DNA from: Azonexus sp.
Lineage (GTDB): Bacteria; Pseudomonadota; Gammaproteobacteria; Burkholderiales; Rhodocyclaceae
Direction: 5' to 3'
Length of the DNA: 64,000 bases
NCBI GenBank assembly: GCA_049652925.1
Contig: JBASFI010000012.1
Span: forward strand, 66,095 to 130,094
The notes below the pieces were generated by a model. It searched no databases, was not told the origin of the DNA, and saw only the letters and a list, made by a program, of their open reading frames with translations. Within the stretch, counting starts at the first letter, position 1; every line of letters begins with the position of its first letter. Below, piece by piece: positions 38,289 through 48,850 of the stretch. The translations under genes and the position numbers were made by a program.

Positions 38289-40577
38289 ATGATGACCAAT
38301 AAGATGATTCCCGCGCTGGTGTTGGCCGGACTTCTGACCGGCTGCGCGACGCCCGTTCTCCGCACCTCGCTCACTGATGACACCCTGTTGGCCCAGGCTT
38401 CGTCAGGGGCGCTTGCCATCAGCGACGGGGCCGTCATTACCGACAACGATGCTTCCTTCCAGTCCAAAATTCGCCTGGTCGAGGAGGCAAAGTCCACGCT
38501 TGACCTCACTTACTACATTTACGCCGACGACCAGAGTTCTTCGGTGCTCTCCGAGGCGCTGATCGCCGCAGCCCGGCGCGGCGTGAAGGTTCGCCTGCTC
38601 ACCGACTATCAAACCAATTACAAGCGACTGGATATGTTCACGGCCATGGAACGACGCGGCAATTCGGGCAAGGGTAGCCTGGCGGTACGTTTCTACAACC
38701 GGCCGACGCGGAACATCGTCATGGATGCCGTTTACATGACCATGGGTTGTGGTCAGGCCGGGGCAGCGACCAAAGAGGCCTGCTCCGCCGACAAGATGGC
38801 GGCTGTGGAAAAGCTGTTTGCCGACGAGCAGATTGCAGGCGTGCCGGCCGCAAGCCTCAATGTTTCCAACGTCAACACCGGGCCTTCCGGGCTGCTGCTC
38901 TCGGGGCTCTATGCCAGGAATGCCAACCTGATGACGCTGGCCATCGAGCAGGGACAGAATATCGATCCCAAAGCCGCCGGCCAGGCCGGCAAGGCGACGC
39001 CCGAGCAAAAGGAAAGTCTCAAGAAGCTCGGCAAACTCTACTGGCAGTCGCGCACAGCCCCCGTCTTTCAGCGTGTGCAGGCGAACCTGGGGCTATTGAT
39101 GGCAGAGCAGTTGTATTCCAGCCAGATCGTACCGGTGAAAAACGAGCTGTTTTCAGCCCTGCCGATTGACCGCAAGTTCAGTGCAGAAGAAAAGCTGGAC
39201 TGGGACCACATCACCGACTTCACTCACCAGAAACTCCTGCTTGCCGATTCGAGCCGGGTGCAACTGGGCGGGCGCAACGTCGAAAATTCCTACCACATGC
39301 ACCCCAATCCCCTGATCGAAAAGTATGTCTTCATGGACACCGATCTGGTGGCTACCGTGACCGGTGATGGTGGCAAGGTCATCGCAGACGCTTTCGACGG
39401 GCTGTGGAACTTCAACCGGATGGTGGCGACCCTGGACGAGATTCGCACCCATGCACCCAACGATGTGCTGTGGAACATGGAAGCCTACACGACGGCTGAA
39501 AACGCCTGCGCCAAACTGAAACCGGGTGCCAAACATGACGCCTGCGTCAATGGCAAGTTCAAGCTCGCTGCCATGAGCCTGGATCAGCGTGTCGAAGCGG
39601 CGACCCAGCGCATGGCGCAGAATGCCAAGGCCTACAAGACGGCTTACGCCGGAAAGATCCAGCCAAGCCAGCCCCTTGCCGTCGACACCTCGGCGCGCCT
39701 TTACTACCTTGAGAACCTGCCATTCGACAAGCGCCTGCCACCAGCCAGTCGCGTTCGGATCTACGGAGCCCAGGCTGGCCAGGAGGGCGATAACGGCAAA
39801 CACATCACCGAAATCTGGCTGCAGGCGCTCTCCGGCATTTGCAGCAAAGCGACCGTCGACCAACCCCAGATGGTCATTCTGCATAGTGCCTATTTCTTCC
39901 CGCCGGCCAATCTCGCTTCCAGCCTGGCCACCCTCGTCGATGGCAAGCAGGATTGTTCACATGTCACGGTAAGAGTTATCACCAATTCACTAGCCACCAC
40001 GGACCTGACCCCGGTCAATTTGCTGGCGCGCCATGCCATCAAGGCATTTGCCGAGGTGACCGGCTTGCAGCATGGGACCAGCCGGGCAGCACGCTTTGAA
40101 TACTACGAATACCAGCCGCCGGTCGGGAACCATAACCTCTCACTGCACAGCAAGGTTTCACTCTTCGGCGACCAGCTGATTGTCGGATCGGCCAACGCCG
40201 ACGTGCGCAGCTACATGATGGATACCAACAACGCCATGCTGGTGAACAATGCGCCCAAGCTCGTCGCGGCCTATCGCAGCTTCGTTGACAACATCCTGGC
40301 AACGCCGGGAAGGGTGAAACGGGAAAACAGCTACTTTGTCAGCACGCCCCGCTCGACCATGATCCAGGAAGACTTGGAAAGCCTGCACGCGACACTCAAG
40401 AAATACCACATGGACAAGCGTCTGGATGCCGAGCAGATGAAGACACTGGATAGCCGCTTCCTGGGGTTGCTCGATGCGGCCTACAACCTGACCCGGGCGG
40501 CCATTGATCCGAATGCCAGCGAAGCCGCTCGCCGCGACGCTCAGCAGAAATTCAATGACTTGTTCCAGCCGATTTGA
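38289..40577 (+). CDS. phospholipase D family lipoprotein (two HKD motifs)
   Basis: MMTNKMIPALVLAGLLTGC provides a lipobox. The HKD motifs are HQKLLLADSSRVQLGGRNVE and HSKVSLFGDQLIVGSANAD. The exact start among ATGs at 38289, 38292 and 38304 is uncertain. Confidence 0.8.
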   Translation: MMTNKMIPALVLAGLLTGCATPVLRTSLTDDTLLAQASSGALAISDGAVITDNDASFQSKIRLVEEAKSTLDLTYYIYADDQSSSVLSEALIAAARRGVKVRLLTDYQTNYKRLDMFTAMERRGNSGKGSLAVRFYNRPTRNIVMDAVYMTMGCGQAGAATKEACSADKMAAVEKLFADEQIAGVPAASLNVSNVNTGPSGLLLSGLYARNANLMTLAIEQGQNIDPKAAGQAGKATPEQKESLKKLGKLYWQSRTAPVFQRVQANLGLLMAEQLYSSQIVPVKNELFSALPIDRKFSAEEKLDWDHITDFTHQKLLLADSSRVQLGGRNVENSYHMHPNPLIEKYVFMDTDLVATVTGDGGKVIADAFDGLWNFNRMVATLDEIRTHAPNDVLWNMEAYTTAENACAKLKPGAKHDACVNGKFKLAAMSLDQRVEAATQRMAQNAKAYKTAYAGKIQPSQPLAVDTSARLYYLENLPFDKRLPPASRVRIYGAQAGQEGDNGKHITEIWLQALSGICSKATVDQPQMVILHSAYFFPPANLASSLATLVDGKQDCSHVTVRVITNSLATTDLTPVNLLARHAIKAFAEVTGLQHGTSRAARFEYYEYQPPVGNHNLSLHSKVSLFGDQLIVGSANADVRSYMMDTNNAMLVNNAPKLVAAYRSFVDNILATPGRVKRENSYFVSTPRSTMIQEDLESLHATLKKYHMDKRLDAEQMKTLDSRFLGLLDAAYNLTRAAIDPNASEAARRDAQQKFNDLFQPI

Positions 40578-40647
40578 TCGTCAGGCGGTTTTGATTTGAT
40601 TTGGCAGGGGTTCCCCGACAGCGCGGAACCCCAAGCCAGTCGACACT

Positions 40648-40684
40648 ATTTCATTTTTAGCCGAAATTTCCGGTTGACCGTGCC
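40648..40684 (-). repeat. dispersed repeat copy E5 (intergenic, between convergent genes)
   Basis: ATTTCATTTTTAGCCGAAATTTCCGGTTGACCGTGCC. Confidence 0.8.
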
Positions 40685-40690
40685 ATTCGC

Positions 40691-41899
40691 CTAAACCGTC
40701 TTGCCAACGCGCAAGGCGCTAAAAATCGCCAATGTCTGCAGCACGGCGATGCCAATCAGCACCTCGCCAAACTGCCGCCCATCCATCATCCCGCCAAAGA
40801 TGACCGGCGCCATCGCCAGTCCAAGATCCAGCCCGGAATAGACAAAGCCATAAACCCGGCCATAGGCCGATTTGCCAAAGCGCGCCGTCGCCGCCTTGCG
40901 CACCAGCAGATCGCGCGACGGCCCGGCGACGCCGGTGCAGAAGCCGATGCCGCCCATCAGCGGCAGGATGGCCCAGGCCGGCAAGATGTCGCTGGCGAGC
41001 AGGATGGCGAACAAGGCGGCAACCCCGAGCGCGCCGGAGATCAGGTATTCGTGGGTGTTTTTCTGGGCGAGGAAACCGCCCAGCACGATGCCGGCTGCCG
41101 CGCCAACCATGTAGGTCGACAGCGCCAGCGCTGCCGTCGTCAGCGACAGGCCGTAGATGGCCTGCAGGATGGGGCTGGCGAAATTCTGGATGGTGCCGAA
41201 GGCCGCGGTGACCAGGAAAAAGAACAGGAAGCACAGCCAGACAGCGCGCGAGCCAAGGAAGGCGAAGGTCGGCGATGGCGCTTCATCGCCTTTCGGGGCG
41301 CGATGGTCGTGCGCCTCGTTGATGGTTTCCCGGCGCCAGAACAGCAGGGCGAGGGCGGCGATGGCGACGAGGCTGGCAGCCAGCGCCGCGTCACGCCAGC
41401 CGTAGGCCGTGGCAATACCGGTCATGAAGACCGGTGCCGCTGCCCAGCCGAGGTTGCCGGACAGGCCATGAACGGAAAAGGCATGGCCAAGCCGGGCCTG
41501 CGACACGCGGTGGTTGAGCACCGTGAAATCGGCCGGATGAAAGACGCTGTTGCCGAGGCCGGCCAGCGCGGCGGTGGCGATCAGCATCGGGTAGCCGGTG
41601 GCGAAATGCAGCACGACGCCGGCCAGCGCAAAGCAGCTTATGCCCCCGCCGAGAACGCGCGCCGCGCCGAAGCGGTCAACAAGAAAACCAGCCATCGCCT
41701 GGCCGATGCCGGAGATGACGAAAAACACGGTCATCGTCATGCCGATGCCGGTAAAACTGAGGTCGAAATCCTGCATCAGCCACGGAAAAAGCGGCGGCAG
41801 CAGCAGGTGGAAAAAGTGCGAAACGCCATGCACGAAGCCGATCAGGGTGATCACTTCGATGTCGCTGCGCTGGGGCGCGGGCAGGGTAGCGGTCGTCAT
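40691..41899 (-). CDS. MFS transporter
   Basis: 402 aa with about 12 hydrophobic helices and a typical MFS layout. Confidence 0.85.
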   Translation of the reverse strand: MTTATLPAPQRSDIEVITLIGFVHGVSHFFHLLLPPLFPWLMQDFDLSFTGIGMTMTVFFVISGIGQAMAGFLVDRFGAARVLGGGISCFALAGVVLHFATGYPMLIATAALAGLGNSVFHPADFTVLNHRVSQARLGHAFSVHGLSGNLGWAAAPVFMTGIATAYGWRDAALAASLVAIAALALLFWRRETINEAHDHRAPKGDEAPSPTFAFLGSRAVWLCFLFFFLVTAAFGTIQNFASPILQAIYGLSLTTAALALSTYMVGAAAGIVLGGFLAQKNTHEYLISGALGVAALFAILLASDILPAWAILPLMGGIGFCTGVAGPSRDLLVRKAATARFGKSAYGRVYGFVYSGLDLGLAMAPVIFGGMMDGRQFGEVLIGIAVLQTLAIFSALRVGKTV

Positions 41900-41987
41900 G
41901 GATAAAGTCCGAGTAAAACGTTAAGGATTGCAGTCTAGCTTTGCGCGCGCTTGACTGCGATGCGACATTCGGACAAAAATTATCGCA

Positions 41988-42791
41988 ATGCAGACAGACC
42001 TCACCTTCGACCCCTTACCCCGCCGCGCCCCGACCGCCGAGTTGCCGATGACGGTCAATCTGCGTTGCCCGCCGGCAGATGTCTACGTGCCGCCACATCG
42101 CCACGACTGGGCGCAACTGGCCTATCCGCTGTGCGGCGGCATCCGCATTTCGGCGGCCGGCATGACCTGGCTGGTGCCCGCCTTGCGCGCCGTGTGGATC
42201 CCGCCGCACATCGAGCACGATCTGCTCATGCTCGGCGAAGTCGAATTCCGCACCGTTTATATCGCCCCCGAAGTGGCCCCGCTGCCGCTCGATGCCTGCT
42301 CGGTGATCGAGGTTTCCGACCTCATGCGGGCGCTTTTCGAAGCACTGAGCGAGGCTGACGGTGACGGCCAGGAGGCGTCGCAGCGCCAGCGTCAGGTGAC
42401 GGCATTGCTGCTCACTGAAATCCGCCGCGCGCCGCCGCTTTCGCTCGGCTTGCCGATGCCGCAGGACAGGCGGCTGCAAGCCTTGTGTCAGGCCCTGATC
42501 GACGATCCCGCATCCGCGCTGTCGTTGGCCGAATGGGCGGCTCGCGTCGGTGCCAGCGAGCGGACGCTAGCCCGCCTGTTCGTCAGCGAACTGAAACTGA
42601 GCTTCGGCGCCTGGCGCCAGCAATTGCGCCTGGCCCGGGCGCTCGACCTGATCGGCCGCGGCCGCCCGTGCGGCGAAGTCGCAGCGGAACTGGGCTACGC
42701 CAGCCAGGCCGCCTTCTCGGCCATGTTCAAGCGCGCCTTCGGCGTGCCGCCGGGGCGTTTCATGCAGGAACGCAGTTCACTGCCGGCATGA
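41988..42791 (+). CDS. AraC-family transcriptional regulator (cupin N-terminal domain)
   Basis: The C-terminal double HTH has ...LSLAEWAARVGASERTLARLF... and ...AAELGYASQAAFSAMFKRAFGVPP. Confidence 0.85.
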   Translation: MQTDLTFDPLPRRAPTAELPMTVNLRCPPADVYVPPHRHDWAQLAYPLCGGIRISAAGMTWLVPALRAVWIPPHIEHDLLMLGEVEFRTVYIAPEVAPLPLDACSVIEVSDLMRALFEALSEADGDGQEASQRQRQVTALLLTEIRRAPPLSLGLPMPQDRRLQALCQALIDDPASALSLAEWAARVGASERTLARLFVSELKLSFGAWRQQLRLARALDLIGRGRPCGEVAAELGYASQAAFSAMFKRAFGVPPGRFMQERSSLPA

Positions 42792-42844
42792 CACTGTCGG
42801 CTTGTGGCGGACACCGCTACACTTCATTTTTTGCTGACGGATGC

Positions 42845-43435
42845 ATGACGATGGAACGCTGCCCCTGGAGCGAAGGATTCGACCTCTACCGCGAGTACCA
42901 CGATACCGAATGGGGCCTGCCGCTGCGCGACGACCGCGCCCTGTTCGAACTCCTGATCCTCGAAGGCGCCCAGGCCGGCTTGTCCTGGGCCACCGTGCTC
43001 AAGAAACGGGCGCACTACCGGCAGGTATTCGACAACTTCGACCCGCACAAAATCGCTCGCTACGACGAGCAAAAAGTCGCCGCCCTGCTGGCCGACCCCG
43101 GCATCATCCGCAACCGCGCCAAGATCGCCGCGACCATCCAGAACGCCAAGGCCTATCTGGTGCTGACCGCCGGGGGGCAATCGTTCAGCGAGTTCCTGTG
43201 GTCCTTCGTCGGCGGTGCGCCGGTGCAAAACGCCCGGTCATCGCTGGCCGAAGTCCCCGCCAAAACCCCGCAATCGGATGCCCTGAGCAAAGCCCTGACC
43301 CGCGCCGGTTTCAAGTTCGTCGGCTCGACGATTTGCTATGCGTTCATGCAGGCAACGGGGATGGTCAATGATCATCTGGTCAGTTGCCCGCGGTACGAGG
43401 AAGTGCAGGGGATTTCCGGGAACGACGGGCGATAG
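42845..43435 (+). CDS. tag: DNA-3-methyladenine glycosylase I
   Basis: M(T)MERCPWSEGFDLYREYHDTEWGLPLRDDRALFELLILEGAQAGLSWATVLKKR is the Tag signature. ATG at 42845 or 42851. Confidence 0.9.
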   Translation: MTMERCPWSEGFDLYREYHDTEWGLPLRDDRALFELLILEGAQAGLSWATVLKKRAHYRQVFDNFDPHKIARYDEQKVAALLADPGIIRNRAKIAATIQNAKAYLVLTAGGQSFSEFLWSFVGGAPVQNARSSLAEVPAKTPQSDALSKALTRAGFKFVGSTICYAFMQATGMVNDHLVSCPRYEEVQGISGNDGR

Positions 43436-43615
43436 CTTGTTTTTGCTGCTTACCGGACAAAACCGTCGTTTAGTACGCGGTGATCAAAGTGTGACACTTG
43501 GCCAGAAGTGGAAGTTACGCAGAGTCCGCTTTCGTCCGACAACCAAACAAACCAACAGAGCTTCATCGACGCCGAACCAATGGCATACTGCGCCGCACCC
43601 TCGTAGGAGAGAGCC

Positions 43616-44458
43616 ATGACTGAGCGAGCTAATAAGCTAATTGAACTGCGTGCAGTCATCCAAGGGCAGTTGGAACTGCTGCGCCTCACCCTGTATGTGA
43701 TGTCTGAAGGGCCCACCCTCTACAAGGGGCAACCCTTTGCTTGTGTGCTGGAAAGAGACAAAGCACGCGCCACGGCCGCTGTATCGATGGGTGCAGGCCA
43801 ATCCCTGAACACCATCCTGAAAAACTCAACCGAATCCGGCCTCGCGGTACGTGACCTATACCCCATAGCTCGTGCCGTGGTCGAAAGCCTCATCAACGCT
43901 GCTTTCTTCACAACCCAACCAGTCGAGGTCTCACAACGAGCCCTGAATCACCGATCCTACGCTGCCTGGAAACACGACAACCGCGTTGTAGGGACCGGTG
44001 ACTTCATGTTCACTCTAGGCAGTGATCCAGACCTCAAGACTACGATTGCAAAGTCCTTCCCCGAGTTCTCGGGCAAGGGTCGAGACTCATGGAGCAACCT
44101 CGACGTACCGTCAAAGATCGACCGCATAGGGAAAGTTGTGCCAGCATCAGGCGGTGCTTTGCTGGGAGCATATGCAGGAATCTACGCTATATCCTCTGAA
44201 ATTATCCACGGCTCTGTGTACGGGATGAGTTACTTCATGAGTGCTCATGGCAGCAAGGAAGCTACTGTTGAGGCGTTTCTAGCCGGCACAGAAGAGCAGA
44301 TGATCGATATTCTCTCCGCAACGGGGCACGCTGCGAGTGGCTTCATTGCCGCATTCGCCAATGTCCACAAGTTTGGTCCTCTGGTCCTAGATGAGCACGA
44401 ACTATTCAAACGCCTCTTCAAGGCAACGACAGGAGACGATTGGGTTGGCGACGATTAA
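43616..44458 (+). CDS. hypothetical protein (280 aa) in a lower-GC islet
   Basis: AGGAGAGAG RBS and clean codon usage. No motif recognised with confidence. Confidence 0.6.
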   Translation: MTERANKLIELRAVIQGQLELLRLTLYVMSEGPTLYKGQPFACVLERDKARATAAVSMGAGQSLNTILKNSTESGLAVRDLYPIARAVVESLINAAFFTTQPVEVSQRALNHRSYAAWKHDNRVVGTGDFMFTLGSDPDLKTTIAKSFPEFSGKGRDSWSNLDVPSKIDRIGKVVPASGGALLGAYAGIYAISSEIIHGSVYGMSYFMSAHGSKEATVEAFLAGTEEQMIDILSATGHAASGFIAAFANVHKFGPLVLDEHELFKRLFKATTGDDWVGDD

Positions 44459-44601
44459 CTGCAACATTAAGTGAACGCTCCCAAGCCTTCCGATTGGCAA
44501 GCTAATAGACCGCTTAGGTCACGTCGCTACCGAATAATAGCAAGTGATCGACCGCGGGCTTCTGCCCGAATTGCGGTCGTACGACGAACCTCGCCCACTC
44601 G

Positions 44602-45000
44602 TCACTCTCCATCCTTCTCCAGCTTCAGCGACGCCGAGTTGATGCAGTAGCGCACCCCCGTCGGTGCTGGCCCATCGTCGAAGACGTGGCCGAGGTGGGC
44701 GCCGCAGTCGTGGCAGGTGACTTCGGTGCGGAGCATGCCGACGCTGCGGTCGACGTGTTCGTCGATGAGTTTTTCGTCGTTCGGCGTGTGAAAGCTCGGC
44801 CAGCCGCAGCCGGAGTCGAACTTGGCTTCCGAGCGGAAGAGCGGGGCGCCGCAGCAGATGCAGTGGTAGGTGCCGTCTTCGTGGGTGTCCCAATATTTGC
44901 CGGTAAAGGCGCGTTCGGTGCCTTTCTGGCGGGCGACGCGGTATTCGGTTTCATCGAGCTGGGCACGCCATTCGGCGTCGGTTTTTTCGATTTTCGGCAT
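44602..45000 (-). CDS. msrB: peptide-methionine (R)-S-oxide reductase
   Basis: 132 aa with two CxxC pairs ([21 protein letters not shown]) and the catalytic RYCINS. Confidence 0.92.
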   Translation of the reverse strand: MPKIEKTDAEWRAQLDETEYRVARQKGTERAFTGKYWDTHEDGTYHCICCGAPLFRSEAKFDSGCGWPSFHTPNDEKLIDEHVDRSVGMLRTEVTCHDCGAHLGHVFDDGPAPTGVRYCINSASLKLEKDGE

Positions 45001-45049
45001 GCTTGTTTCCTTGAGGTGGCCAAGTCTGACCAGCGTGGCAGGTGTAGGT

Positions 45050-46003
45050 TCAGGCGGTTTGGCTCAGGCGAAACTGGGCGACATCGCGGCCCGGCGGGGC
45101 GCCGAACATGCGGCGATATTCGCGGTTGAATTGCGAGGGGCTTTCGTAGCCGACGTGATGCGCTGCCGAGGCGGCATCGGTGTCGCTGACCAGCATGAGG
45201 CGGCGGGCTTCCTGCAGGCGTAGCTGCTTTTGATATTGCAGCGGCGTCATGGCGGTCAGGGCCTTGAAATGATGGTGCAGCGACGAGCGGCTCATGTTCG
45301 ACAGGCTGGCCAGCCGTTCGATGCTGAGCGGCTGGTCGAGGTTGGTTTTGAGCCAGTCGATGGCGCGGACGATCTGATGGCTGTGGCTGCCGCTGGCGGC
45401 GGCCTGACGAAGGCGTGAACCGAGGGGGCCGGCGAGCAGGCGGTAGAGCAGTTCGCGCTCAATGATCGGGGCGAGCACCGGGATGTCGGCTGGCGTATCG
45501 AGCAATCGGGCCAGGCGCAGGGCGGTGTTCTGGATGTCGACGCTGAGCAGGCCGACGGCAATGCCACGGTCAACGCCTTCAAATGCCCGATTTTTGGGCA
45601 TGGCGGCAGTCAGTTCGTTGATCTTCAGCGGGTCGATGGCTAGCCCCAGGCCGAGGTAGGGCTCGGCGATGGAGGCCTGTGTGATGCGCGCAAAAATCGG
45701 CAGATCGACCGATGAAATCATGTAATGGCGGGCATCATAGTCGTAAGTGTCGTCGCCGACCGTGATGCGTTTGGCGCCCTGGGCCATCATGGCGAACACC
45801 GAGGTCATGATGGCGCAGTTCGGCACTTCGGTGTTCGATCCACGGAAAAGCTTGAGGTTGGGAATGGCCGTGTCGACACCGCCGTCCGCCTGGCAGTGAC
45901 GGTCGATGATGGCGGCCAGCTCTGTGCGCTGGCGCGCCAGATCGGCGTTTTCCATGGCGTTGGAATCATTTGGGCGAGGCGTGGTCAGAACGGCAGTATC
46001 CAT
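45050..46003 (-). CDS. AraC-family transcriptional regulator
   Basis: 317 aa with C-terminal HTH motifs ...[21 protein letters not shown]... and ...[22 protein letters not shown]. It is divergent from the oxidoreductase operon. Confidence 0.85.
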   Translation of the reverse strand: MDTAVLTTPRPNDSNAMENADLARQRTELAAIIDRHCQADGGVDTAIPNLKLFRGSNTEVPNCAIMTSVFAMMAQGAKRITVGDDTYDYDARHYMISSVDLPIFARITQASIAEPYLGLGLAIDPLKINELTAAMPKNRAFEGVDRGIAVGLLSVDIQNTALRLARLLDTPADIPVLAPIIERELLYRLLAGPLGSRLRQAAASGSHSHQIVRAIDWLKTNLDQPLSIERLASLSNMSRSSLHHHFKALTAMTPLQYQKQLRLQEARRLMLVSDTDAASAAHHVGYESPSQFNREYRRMFGAPPGRDVAQFRLSQTA

Positions 46004-46180
46004 GACCGGAGAGTAGCGGTTTTGGCGCTGGCCGGCGAGAGGCTGCGGACATGTTCTGGAGGATCAGGCAATAAGTCTGCACGATTGGGTTATCGCTTGC
46101 CGCCTTGCCTCGCCCACACTATTCGCACAAACAGCAGCCACGGGATGGCTGCTGATCCCCTTCCGACGAGGAGTATGCAG

Positions 46181-46639
46181 ATGATCAAACTGACTATTAA
46201 CGGCAAGGCACATCAACTCGATGTGGCGCCCGATACGCCGCTGCTTTGGGCGCTGCGCGACACCTTGCAGATGACCGGGACGAAATATGGCTGCGGCCAG
46301 GCGCTGTGCGGTGCCTGCACGGTGCATGTCGATGGCGAACCGGTACGCGCCTGTTCGACGCCTGTGTCGGCGGTGGTTGGCCGCAAGATCAGGACCATCG
46401 AGGCGGTCGATACCGAGCGCGTCGGCAAGGTCGTGCAGGAAGCGTGGCGCAAGCTTGATGTCGTGCAGTGCGGCTACTGCCAGTCCGGTCAGATCATGAG
46501 CGCCGTCGCTTTGCTGACTCAGAACCGCAAACCGAGCGATGCCGACATCGATACTGCCATGTCGGGCAACCTGTGCCGCTGCGCGACCTATGTGCGCGTC
46601 CGCGCTGCCATTCATGAAGCCGCCAAGGCATTGGCCTGA
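46181..46639 (+). CDS. (2Fe-2S)-binding small subunit of a molybdenum hydroxylase (IorA-like)
   Basis: [11 protein letters not shown] and CGYCQSG...GNLCRCATY are the cluster motifs. GAGGAG RBS. An alternative ATG lies at 46175. Confidence 0.9.
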   Translation: MIKLTINGKAHQLDVAPDTPLLWALRDTLQMTGTKYGCGQALCGACTVHVDGEPVRACSTPVSAVVGRKIRTIEAVDTERVGKVVQEAWRKLDVVQCGYCQSGQIMSAVALLTQNRKPSDADIDTAMSGNLCRCATYVRVRAAIHEAAKALA

Positions 46640-46650
46640 GGAGTCTGAAC

Positions 46651-48849
46651 ATGTCCGAAATCATTATTGAAAACCTCAGCCGCCGCCGTTTCCTGCAAGG
46701 CAGCGCCGGCCTGACACTGGGCTTCTGCCTGCCGGTGATGGCTGCTGGGGCCGCCGGAAAGTCGGGCGTTGTCGCAGCAAGCACGGCAGCCTTCGAGCCG
46801 AATGCCTTTTTGCGCATCGGCGCCGACAACAGCGTGACCGTCATGTCCAAGCACCTCGAAATGGGGCAGGGCACCTACACCGGCCTGGCCACCATCCTGG
46901 CCGACGAGCTGGATGCCGACTGGGCGCACGTTCGCGTCGAAGGCGCCGCGGCCGATGCCAAGCGCTACAACAACACCTTCTGGGGCCCGGCGCAAGGCAC
47001 CGGCGGCAGTACGGCGATGGCCAATTCGTGGGATCAGATGCGCAAGGCCGGGGCAAGCGGTCGGGCCATGCTGGTTTCGGCTGCCGCCAAACGCTGGAAT
47101 GTCGGGGCGGCGGAGATTGTCGTGCGCGACGGCGTGGTCAGCCATGCCGGTAGCGGCCGCAAGGCCAGCTTTGGCGAACTGGCGCTTGATGCCGCCAAGG
47201 AAACCGTGCCGACCGAGGTCAAATTGAAAGACCCGAAGGATTTTCGTCTGATCGGCAAGCAGGCCAAGCGGAAGGACAGCGCGGCCAAGACCAACGGCAC
47301 TGCGCATTTTACGCAGGATGTCTTCCTGCCCGGCATGCTGGTTGCCGTGGTCGCCCATCCGCCGCAGTTCGGCGCCACGGTGAAGTCCTTCGACGCGACT
47401 AAGGCCAAGGCGATCAAGGGCGTCGTCGATGTCGTGCAGATTCCGCAAGGCGTTGCCGTACTGGCCTCCGACACCTGGAGCGCCAAGAAAGGGCGCGATG
47501 CACTGTCGGTCGTTTGGGACGACAGCAAGGCTTTCAAGCTGGGCAGCGATGAAATCCTGGCCCAGTACAAAGAAATGGCCAAGAAGCCGGGTCTGGTCGC
47601 CAAGCAGACCGGCGACACAGCAAAAACCTTTGCCGGCGCCGCCAAGGTGGTCAGTGCTTCCTTCGATTTTCCCTATCTCGCCCATGCCGCGATGGAGCCG
47701 ATGAATTGTGTCGTCCACCTCAAGGCCGATGGCTGCGAAGTGTGGAATGGCGAGCAGTTTCAGACTGTCGACCAGGGCCGGGTCGCCGCGCTGTTCGGCC
47801 TCAAGCCGGAGCAGGTCAAGCTCAACATGCTCTACGCCGGCGGCAGTTTCGGACGGCGGGCCTGTACGCAGTCGGATTACGTGCTGGAGGCGGCGCACAT
47901 CGTCAAGGCGATCAACGGCAAAGCGCCCGTCAAGCTGGTCTGGATGCGCGAGGACGATATGCGCGGCGGCTACTACCGGCCGCTTTTCCACCACGCGCTC
48001 GAAGCGGCGCTCGATGGCAGCGGCAAGCTGGTCGGCTGGCATCACCGGCTGGTCGGCCAGTCGATCATTACAGGTTCGCCGTTCGAAGCGATGCTGGTCA
48101 AGGATGGCATCGATCACGTTTCGGTCGAAGGTGCTTCCAATCTGCCCTACGCCATTCCCAACCTGTTGGTCGATCTGCACACGCCGACCGACATCGGCGT
48201 GCCGGTGCTCTGGTGGCGCTCGGTCGGTTCGTCGCACACGGCTTACTCGACCGAGGTTTTCCTCGATCAGGTGGCGGCGGCGATGGGCAGGGATCCGGTG
48301 GCCCTGCGTCTCGAATTGCTGACCGAACATCCCAAGCACGCCGGCGTGCTCAAGCTGGCGGCCGAGAAAGCCAACTGGGGAACGCCGCTCAAGGGTGCAG
48401 CCGGCGAGCGGCGCGGCCGGGGTGTGGCAGTGCATGAATCCTTCAATTCCTTTGTCGCCCAGGTGGCCGAAGTGACGGTCAAGAAAGATGGCTCGATCAA
48501 GGTCGACCGCGTGGTTTGTGCGGTGGATTGCGGCACGGCGATCAATCCGGACAACATCCGTTCGCAGGTCGAAGGGGCGGTCGGTTTCGCTTTGTCAGCT
48601 GCCATGAGTGGTGAAATCACGCTCAAGGAAGGCCGTGTCGAGCAGGGCAATTTCGATGGCTACCCGCTGCTGCGCATCGGCGACATGCCGAAGATCGAGG
48701 TTCATATCGTGCCGTCAACCGCTGCCCCGACCGGCATTGGCGAACCGGGTGTGCCGCCGCTGGCCCCGGCCGTGGCCAACGCCATCGCCGCCGCAACCGG
48801 CAAGTTCCTGCACAAGATGCCGTTCAATACCGCCGAGCTGGTGGCCTGA
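46651..48849 (+). CDS. molybdopterin-binding large subunit of a molybdenum hydroxylase (IorB-like), Tat-exported
   Basis: 732 aa with the twin-arginine signal [16 protein letters not shown] and aldehyde oxidase/xanthine dehydrogenase-type segments. Confidence 0.9.
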   Translation: MSEIIIENLSRRRFLQGSAGLTLGFCLPVMAAGAAGKSGVVAASTAAFEPNAFLRIGADNSVTVMSKHLEMGQGTYTGLATILADELDADWAHVRVEGAAADAKRYNNTFWGPAQGTGGSTAMANSWDQMRKAGASGRAMLVSAAAKRWNVGAAEIVVRDGVVSHAGSGRKASFGELALDAAKETVPTEVKLKDPKDFRLIGKQAKRKDSAAKTNGTAHFTQDVFLPGMLVAVVAHPPQFGATVKSFDATKAKAIKGVVDVVQIPQGVAVLASDTWSAKKGRDALSVVWDDSKAFKLGSDEILAQYKEMAKKPGLVAKQTGDTAKTFAGAAKVVSASFDFPYLAHAAMEPMNCVVHLKADGCEVWNGEQFQTVDQGRVAALFGLKPEQVKLNMLYAGGSFGRRACTQSDYVLEAAHIVKAINGKAPVKLVWMREDDMRGGYYRPLFHHALEAALDGSGKLVGWHHRLVGQSIITGSPFEAMLVKDGIDHVSVEGASNLPYAIPNLLVDLHTPTDIGVPVLWWRSVGSSHTAYSTEVFLDQVAAAMGRDPVALRLELLTEHPKHAGVLKLAAEKANWGTPLKGAAGERRGRGVAVHESFNSFVAQVAEVTVKKDGSIKVDRVVCAVDCGTAINPDNIRSQVEGAVGFALSAAMSGEITLKEGRVEQGNFDGYPLLRIGDMPKIEVHIVPSTAAPTGIGEPGVPPLAPAVANAIAAATGKFLHKMPFNTAELVA

Positions 48850-48850
48850 G

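Noticed and set aside
40607-40632. The perfect 8-bp hairpin GGGGTTCC-n10-GGAACCCC after the PLD gene, considered as a terminator.
   Set aside because: There is no U-tract on either strand. It may still be a structural element, but it cannot be supported as an intrinsic terminator.
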